64,000 nt of DNA. It comes from Thermoplasmata archaeon. GTDB taxonomy: Archaea > Thermoplasmatota > E2 > DHVEG-1. The notes beneath the pieces were generated by a model that searched no databases, had not been told where the DNA came from, and saw only the letters and a program-made list of their open reading frames with translations. Position numbers and translations under genes: made by a program. Shown in pieces: positions 58,532-64,000 of the stretch. The DNA lies in assembly GCA_020054475.1 (NCBI GenBank), contig JAHWGJ010000002.1:38100-102099 (forward strand). The letters are read 5' to 3'. Numbering within the stretch: the stretch's first letter is position 1; each line of letters begins with the position of its first letter.

Positions 58532-59860
58532 TTGAAAAAAATCTGGATAGGGATAGATGATACTGATTCAAGAAATGGAGGTTGTACAACCCATATTGCT
58601 AAAACAATTATAAAATTTTTAATTGATGATGGTTTTGATTTAATTGGTTATCCTAGGCTTGTGAGATTAAATCCAAATATTCCTTGGAAAACAAGAGGAA
58701 ATGGAGCTATATCTTTTAGAATTGGTTTGGGGGCAGGATATAAAAATAAGATTGGTGAAATCGATAAATCTGAGATTTTTTGTTTTTCAAGGGTTAAAAA
58801 ATCAAGTGATCTAACGAAACAAGTTGATAGAATTAAGGAAATTATCTTGGATGTCTTTAAGGACTATGCACATGTTAGAGATATCAATACTAATCCAGGT
58901 TTTGTTATTTTAAAGGATAAACCTTCATTTGATGTATATAAAAAAGGTGTTAGAGATATTTTATATTTAAATGAGATAAAGGATATAATTAAATCTTTAA
59001 AGGGGTTTTATAAGGGTTATAAAAACTCTAGAGGTCTTATTGGTGCAGTTGCATCTGTAGCATGGATGACAAGTAAAGATTCAACTTTTGAGTTAATAAC
59101 ATATAGATCTGAAGAAAAATGGGGTACAAAGAGATTAGTAGAAGATGAATCCGTAAAAAATATAGATAGGTTGTATCGATCTACTTTTGATAATTATGAT
59201 TATAAAAATAAGCATAATAGAATAGTACCCAACTCCCCTTGTCCAATATTGTATGGTATAAGGGGGGATGATGCAAAGGATTTGATAGAATCATATTCAT
59301 TAATAAAATCTGAGAAGGTTGATAGTTGGATAATTTTTCAGACAAATCAGGGTACTGATGATCATATTCAAAGTAAAGTTATAAGTCAAATAAAGATTTT
59401 TCAATCTGTTAAAGTCAAAGGAAGAGTAATTGTTAAACCTCATACTATTATTGGTGGACATGTTTTATTTACAATTTCAAATGATTTAGATGAAAAAATT
59501 GATTGTGCATCTTATGAGCCCACTAAACAATTTAGAAATATAATAAGAGAGTTGTTAATTGGAGATGTTGTAGAAGTTTATGGGGGTGTTCGGAAAAAAC
59601 CTTTAACCATAAATATTGAGAAAATTGAAATAAAGAAACTTGTAGATGATTTTATAAAAATTCAAAATCCAATTTGCACAAATTGTAAAAAACATATGAA
59701 ATCAAGGGGAAAAAATCAAGGATATAAATGTTTAAAATGTAAAACAAAAGAGGAATTTGCTGAAAGGAGAAAGAAAAACAGACATCTAAATCATGGTTTT
59801 TATGAAGTCCCTGTTTGTGCAAGAAGACATTTAAGTAAACCATTAAAAAGATATAAATAA
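58532..59860 (+). CDS. tiaS: tRNA(Ile2) 2-agmatinylcytidine synthetase
   Basis: 442 aa. N-terminal IGIDDTDSRNGGCTTH signature, central OB-like region and C-terminal Zn ribbon CTNCKK..CLKCK. Apparent TTG start. Confidence 0.85.
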   Translation: MKKIWIGIDDTDSRNGGCTTHIAKTIIKFLIDDGFDLIGYPRLVRLNPNIPWKTRGNGAISFRIGLGAGYKNKIGEIDKSEIFCFSRVKKSSDLTKQVDRIKEIILDVFKDYAHVRDINTNPGFVILKDKPSFDVYKKGVRDILYLNEIKDIIKSLKGFYKGYKNSRGLIGAVASVAWMTSKDSTFELITYRSEEKWGTKRLVEDESVKNIDRLYRSTFDNYDYKNKHNRIVPNSPCPILYGIRGDDAKDLIESYSLIKSEKVDSWIIFQTNQGTDDHIQSKVISQIKIFQSVKVKGRVIVKPHTIIGGHVLFTISNDLDEKIDCASYEPTKQFRNIIRELLIGDVVEVYGGVRKKPLTINIEKIEIKKLVDDFIKIQNPICTNCKKHMKSRGKNQGYKCLKCKTKEEFAERRKKNRHLNHGFYEVPVCARRHLSKPLKRYK

Positions 59861-59908
59861 AAATTATATTGTTATTTAAAAAAAAAATATAATTTATTAT
59901 TAGGAGAT

Positions 59909-60391
59909 TTGATTTATTTGATAGATCAATTACCAGAATGGCTTCAAATTTTTCTTTTTTCAATGATACCTGGATTTGAATCTAGATTTGTTATCCCTAT
60001 TATTGCTATTAACCAGTTTGGATGGTTATGGTGGAAAGCATTTCCATATGCAATCGCTGGAAATATGATTCTTGTTCCATTTGGTTTATTATTTCTTCAT
60101 AAGATTGAAAATATTCTTAGTAGAATTAGTTTTTTTAAAAAAGCAATGGATATTGTTTTTCCAAAAATTAGGATAAAAGCGGATAAGAAAATTCAAAGAT
60201 ATGAAAGTCTTGCTTTAGTATTTTTTGTTGCTGTACCTTTACCTTTTACTGGTGCGGGTCTTGGTACTTTAATAGCCTATCTTTTTGATTTGAAATTTTC
60301 TCGTTCTTTACTTATGATATTTATTGGAGTTATAATTTCAGCATTATTTGTTACTTTCGTTTATCTTGCAGGTTACTATTTAATATTCTAG
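59909..60391 (+). CDS. small polytopic membrane protein (COG2426-like putative small exporter)
   Basis: 160 aa with 4 TM helices. FSMIPGFESRFVIPIIAI resembles the COG2426 family. Start uncertain (TTG 59909/59918 or ATG 59963). Confidence 0.55.
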   Translation: MIYLIDQLPEWLQIFLFSMIPGFESRFVIPIIAINQFGWLWWKAFPYAIAGNMILVPFGLLFLHKIENILSRISFFKKAMDIVFPKIRIKADKKIQRYESLALVFFVAVPLPFTGAGLGTLIAYLFDLKFSRSLLMIFIGVIISALFVTFVYLAGYYLIF

Positions 60392-60449
60392 CAACAATCG
60401 TAATGCTTTTTAAGGGTTTATTACTACATAGTCGCTAAAAAACATTTAC

Positions 60450-60522
60450 GCGGGTGTGGTGTAGTCTGGTATCACTTAAGCTTGCCAAGCTTATAACTCG
60501 GGTTCAAATCCCGGCACCCGCA
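60450..60522 (+). tRNA. tRNA-Gly (anticodon GCC)
   Basis: Acceptor GCGGGTG/CACCCGC, anticodon stem TAAGC/GCTTA with loop TTGCCAA, and T loop TTCAAAT. Confidence 0.9.
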
Positions 60523-60603
60523 CTCAGATATATTTTGATTCTTACTTACCGCATCAATGAATGTGAAATACTCCTGTAACTTATTCTCTAAAAATCTACA
60601 ATT

Positions 60604-60798
60604 TCATTCCACTTTTTCAGATTTCATGAAAACCATCCACAATCCTATAAAAAACATAATTATTCCGATTATTGCGGTTATCATACATGTTTCAGTATAT
60701 TTTATCCCAAAAAGGAAGATTAAAATCCCAATTATGAGCATTAACCATCCTATACGTCCTTTGCTCATGATTTTTAATATTAGGATTACTTTGTTCAT
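60604..60798 (-). CDS. small two-TM membrane protein
   Basis: 64 aa with two clean hydrophobic helices. Preferred over the overlapping plus-strand ORF 60557-60874, which looks like antisense noise. Confidence 0.4.
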   Translation of the reverse strand: MNKVILILKIMSKGRIGWLMLIIGILIFLFGIKYTETCMITAIIGIIMFFIGLWMVFMKSEKVE

Positions 60799-60845
60799 TT
60801 TTCGTATTCTCCCGGATAATATATATCTTCCAACCCTCTTTAGAA

Positions 60846-61145
60846 TTATTGTATTAATTTCTCAATTTCTATAATTTCTACAATAGTTCCCCACATATGA
60901 AACCCTACTTGATCTTCTAAGATTTTGATAGTGTATTTAACTCGCAATCCATCTTCTTCAAATTCTGTTGGAATATTAATTGGGTCATACGCTTCTCCAT
61001 CATCTCCAACTATACCATAAAAACCTCCTTCAAAATCATTATATTGAATAGTACCAGTTTCATCAGTATTGTTATCTGTACAACCACTAAAACCAACTAT
61101 TACCACAATGAGAATTATTGGTGGAATTATGTGTTTCTGATACAT
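60846..61145 (-). CDS. small lipoprotein-like secreted protein
   Basis: 99 aa with a signal peptide and lipobox-like FSGC (ILIVVIVGFSGCTDN). Confidence 0.5.
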   Translation of the reverse strand: MYQKHIIPPIILIVVIVGFSGCTDNNTDETGTIQYNDFEGGFYGIVGDDGEAYDPINIPTEFEEDGLRVKYTIKILEDQVGFHMWGTIVEIIEIEKLIQ

Positions 61146-61201
61146 ATTTTTCCTCCCTTATTATCTACAATATCAAAGATAATTACCGATCTATTCTATT
61201 G

Positions 61202-61342
61202 TTATTTCATCCAATCCGTATCTCTTCTATGTAATGCTAATAATATATCTCTCTCTCTTTCTAAATCTTTTATTTTTTTCTTTAATTGTTTTATTTCCTC
61301 TTGTAATTCTCGGTGTAATGGAGTTTTTTGCCTCTCTCCCAT
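61202..61342 (-). CDS. possible 46-aa coiled-coil peptide
   Basis: MGERQKTPLHRELQEEIKQLKKKIKDLERERDILLALHRRDTDWMK. Heptad-like. Below the ORF-track cut-off. Confidence 0.25.
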   Translation of the reverse strand: MGERQKTPLHRELQEEIKQLKKKIKDLERERDILLALHRRDTDWMK

Positions 61343-61413
61343 ATATAATTGAAATAATCTAATTTAACTTAAAGATATCTACAATATCAAAGAAAAACAA
61401 TCAATATAACTTT

Positions 61414-61587
61414 TTAAATCTTCCATTTATCCTTATTTTTTAAACTAAATATTAAAAACAGACCGCCTACACTTATAAAAAAAACTCCGACTGGTTTAGG
61501 TTGCAAACTTATTAAAGAAGTTCCAATGGCAATTAAGGAAATTCCAATAAGAAGCATTCCACGATAATTAGGTTCTCTTTTTTCCAT
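61414..61587 (-). CDS. possible 57-aa two-TM membrane peptide
   Basis: MEKREPNYRGMLLIGISLIAIGTSLISLQPKPVGVFFISVGGLFLIFSLKNKDKWKI. Below the ORF-track cut-off. Confidence 0.3.
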   Translation of the reverse strand: MEKREPNYRGMLLIGISLIAIGTSLISLQPKPVGVFFISVGGLFLIFSLKNKDKWKI

Positions 61588-61732
61588 TAATTTACCTCAT
61601 AAAATCTGAGACACATAATTACCCATATATTAAAAACATAACTACTTCATCACTTTATCCTATATCTTCTTGAGATCCTCTTCAGAAAAGTATTATAAAA
61701 AAGATAACATTCAGTGGAACAAGGTAAAGACA

Positions 61733-62239
61733 ATGAATAATAAATATATCTCAATTCTAATAATACTTATTTTATTAACTTTATGTCTTAGTGGGTGTGA
61801 AGAATTAGAAAAACTGGATGATCCTAATTATGTAAATGTAGTTGTCACTTGTTCAGTTGATGTAAAAGTCAGAATACCAAATACAAATATTGATGATGGT
61901 ACTTATCATGAAACTTTTATTGACGGTACTCTAGTAAATGTTGAGATTATAAAAGATGGTGGAGAACGAGTAACTGAAGTTATTGCATCAGGTCTTCCCA
62001 GTAAGGGTAAACAAACAAGTGTTCAAGCAATATTTAAATTGTATAAAGAACAACCAATTACTTGTATTGCAAATGTAGTATTAGGTTCTATTCCAAGTGA
62101 ATACTCAGATTATATTTTTTATGGTGATTCTGAAACAATCCCTTGGATTGAAGTATATCCAATTTCAGATTTTGGTGAAACTTCAAATAAGATGGTTAGA
62201 TTAGAAATTTGGGGATATCATCCTGATTTAATCCCATAG
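61733..62239 (+). CDS. lipoprotein-like secreted protein
   Basis: Start set at ATG 61733 (MNNKYISILIILILLTLCLSGCEE, lipobox-like LSGC). Confidence 0.5.
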   Translation: MNNKYISILIILILLTLCLSGCEELEKLDDPNYVNVVVTCSVDVKVRIPNTNIDDGTYHETFIDGTLVNVEIIKDGGERVTEVIASGLPSKGKQTSVQAIFKLYKEQPITCIANVVLGSIPSEYSDYIFYGDSETIPWIEVYPISDFGETSNKMVRLEIWGYHPDLIP

Positions 62240-62348
62240 GATATTGCTTCTATTCTAAATTGATAATCGTATTATATTATCTTCTTTAAAATTTCTAAAG
62301 ATAAATAATAATCCAATAATTCTATTAATATTTTTATTATTAATTTTT

Positions 62349-62582
62349 ATGATGTCACTTATTGATTTAAAATTAAAAATACCCGAATATGCAAAAGATG
62401 AACTAGATAGATTAATTAAAAAATATTCAGATGAAACATTTAAAGGTGAATATAAATTTGATAAAAATTCCATGATTACACTTATGATTATGACATATGA
62501 TAAATCTAATTCAATGTTAAATAATCCAGATAAAATTATTAAGGAAATTAAAGAGGAATTAAAAGAATTTTATAAAAAATAG
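62349..62582 (+). CDS. hypothetical small protein
   Basis: 77-aa charged helical ORF. More protein-like than the overlapping minus-strand ORF 62255-62473. Confidence 0.35.
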   Translation: MMSLIDLKLKIPEYAKDELDRLIKKYSDETFKGEYKFDKNSMITLMIMTYDKSNSMLNNPDKIIKEIKEELKEFYKK

Positions 62583-62613
62583 CTGGAGAAAATATAATTA
62601 ATTATCATATTTT

Positions 62614-62703
62614 TTATGCTCGGTATTTGTTTCTACAATTATTACAATGAACAAAACCTTCTTCTATAATTACACCGCAATTAATACAAGTATTTACATC
62701 CAT
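62614..62703 (-). CDS. possible 29-aa zinc-ribbon peptide
   Basis: MDVNTCINCGVIIEEGFVHCNNCRNKYRA has two CxxC pairs. Confidence 0.3.
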   Translation of the reverse strand: MDVNTCINCGVIIEEGFVHCNNCRNKYRA

Positions 62704-63510
62704 TTTTTTATCTTCCTTTTTTACATTTTTTAGTAGTAGATAGGATATCGGCTTATATCTTAAATTTTGAGAAAGATTTTTAGAGGAATGATAATGATTT
62801 TTTTGTTTTCCTCAATGAATAATATTATTATATTAAAATTTATAAACTTTTTGTTTTTATTTTATTATTTTAATAGAATATATGTATTATAATTTTTTAA
62901 ATTTTTTATTAATTTGATTTATAAAATTAATAATTGAATAAAAAATAATTTCTCAAATTATAAATACTTCTATTTACAAAAATAGTATATGAGTGGGGAG
63001 AAATAAAATTGTATATATCTTAACAACTATATAATTTCTTGAGACAGGAAGGAAAATTGCCTATCCCATCCCTCCTCACTCTATTAAATTTTCTCCCAAT
63101 TATAGAAACTTTCAGATATAAAAATCATTATTAAGTATAACGATTCAATTATATTATGGGGAAATAATATGATAATAGCTGGCGAATATATAAATTGGAG
63201 TATAGCAGAAGAAGTTGAAGAGATAGTTAAAGTATCATTAATTGGAAGTAGAATGAGAGAATTATCACAAACGATAAAATAATATAAATTATTATAATTT
63301 ATCTTAAATTTTAGAATATAATGGTGATATTTTTTGATTTATGAAAAAAAAGAAGATGAAAAATCAATATTTAATAACCCAAAGTTTAAAAAATTTATAA
63401 CTTGGGTTTTGGTTATATTTATTATTTTGATATTAGTGATAATAGGAATATTTCAACCAAAATTTTATACTTTTATATAATAAAAGATTGATATTTGATT
63501 TTAATGATTT

Positions 63511-63978
63511 TTAAAGATATTCGATAGTGATACTATTAATTATTACATCTTCAACGGGCCAATCTTCTAATCCATATTTTGTTGTTGTATCAACTTCAGC
63601 TATTGCTCTTAAAACATCAATACCATCTATTATAACGCCGAAAGCTGCATAGTTGCCGTCTAAATGTGGTGAAGGTTCATCGCAAATAAAAAATTGACTT
63701 GTTGCGCTATTAGGCATAAATGTTCTTGCCATTGATATTGCCCCATCAACATGTAAAATATCAGGGTGAGTTTCTAGTTTTATTGTACCATATGGGCTCC
63801 TTTTATTAGTCCCATTTGCATAATAACCTCCCCCTTGAATTACGAAATCATTAATTACTCTATGAAATACAATATTTTCAAAAAATCCATCATTTGAAAG
63901 TTTAATGAAATTATCTGTGGTTATAGGCATTTTATCAGTATATAATTCAATTGTCATAGTGCCCATATTTGTATTCAT
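63511..63978 (-). CDS. cyclophilin-type peptidyl-prolyl cis-trans isomerase
   Basis: 155 aa with the FHRVI..FVIQGG, SMA....NS..SQFFI and G.VI.G..V motifs. Confidence 0.92.
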   Translation of the reverse strand: MNTNMGTMTIELYTDKMPITTDNFIKLSNDGFFENIVFHRVINDFVIQGGGYYANGTNKRSPYGTIKLETHPDILHVDGAISMARTFMPNSATSQFFICDEPSPHLDGNYAAFGVIIDGIDVLRAIAEVDTTTKYGLEDWPVEDVIINSITIEYL

Positions 63979-64000
63979 TATGGCAATTGGATATGCATTT

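Noticed and set aside
60557-60874. 105-aa plus-strand ORF after tRNA-Gly
   Set aside because: It overlaps a cleaner two-TM ORF on the minus strand (60604-60798). Its own translation is Ile/Pro/Asn-rich with no structure, and it runs into the 3' end of the next minus-strand gene.
62821-62990. Extremely AT-rich 170-nt tract as a possible replication origin
   Set aside because: There is no adjacent orc1/cdc6 gene and I could identify no repeated ORB-like elements. Similar AT-rich spacers occur at 21398-21650 and 46519-46826.
62991-63081. Imperfect 10-bp inverted repeat GAGTGGGGAG ... CTCCTCACTC enclosing about 70 nt, as a possible small RNA
   Set aside because: It is a single short stem with a G:U pair and a long unstructured AT-rich interior. 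There are no box motifs and no second copy, so the evidence is too weak to call.

Overview
AT-rich (about 30% GC by eye) archaeal chromosome segment. Archaeal identity rests on split rpoA'/A'', rpoH, L30e, a short KH-type NusA, TiaS, Trm5, a C1:G72 tRNA-Tyr with a 37/38 intron, and PGF-CTERM surface proteins. The unsplit rpoB and the many secreted C25/C15 peptidases fit a protein-scavenging Thermoplasmatota-like lineage, but the lineage cannot be fixed from this window.

Core blocks:
- tRNA-Lys followed by rpoH-rpoB-rpoA1-rpoA2-rpl30e-nusA.
- A three-gene, translationally coupled flavin/Fe-S oxidoreductase operon (9.7-16.0 kb).
- A GT2 gene convergent with a 1309-aa acidic PGF-CTERM surface protein.
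- HDAC-like gene, PolB, rpl1-rpl10-rpl12, a COG1395 regulator, tiaS, tRNA-Gly and a cyclophilin.

The accessory centre (21.7-45.7 kb) holds two tRNA-targeted insertions:
- A 17.1-kb element sits in tRNA-Tyr. It has an intact integrase and perfect 20-bp direct repeats.
- A 5.7-kb integrase-less element sits in tRNA-Thr, bounded by 17-bp direct repeats.

Together the two insertions carry:
- Six secreted proteins with different N-terminal heads: C25 peptidase, Cys-Ntn hydrolase, GATase1-like, and beta-propeller repeat domains. All six end in the same PKD-like module, an SMP(K/R)xK motif and an amphipathic RFP-type tail. A beta-lactamase-fold hydrolase without this module is co-transcribed with two of them.
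- Two UbiA prenyltransferases, a PflX-type radical SAM enzyme, and PadR and Lrp regulators.
- An intergenic repeat family of about 80 nt (8 copies) found nowhere else in the window.

The shared-tail secretome carried on a mobile element is the best candidate here for an undescribed system. Other notable items are a Cys-less MvhD / half-degenerate HdrB fusion protein, a small protein carrying a ribosomal-stalk-like C-terminal tail while P0 lacks one, and a Lys-rich extension on RpoA''.
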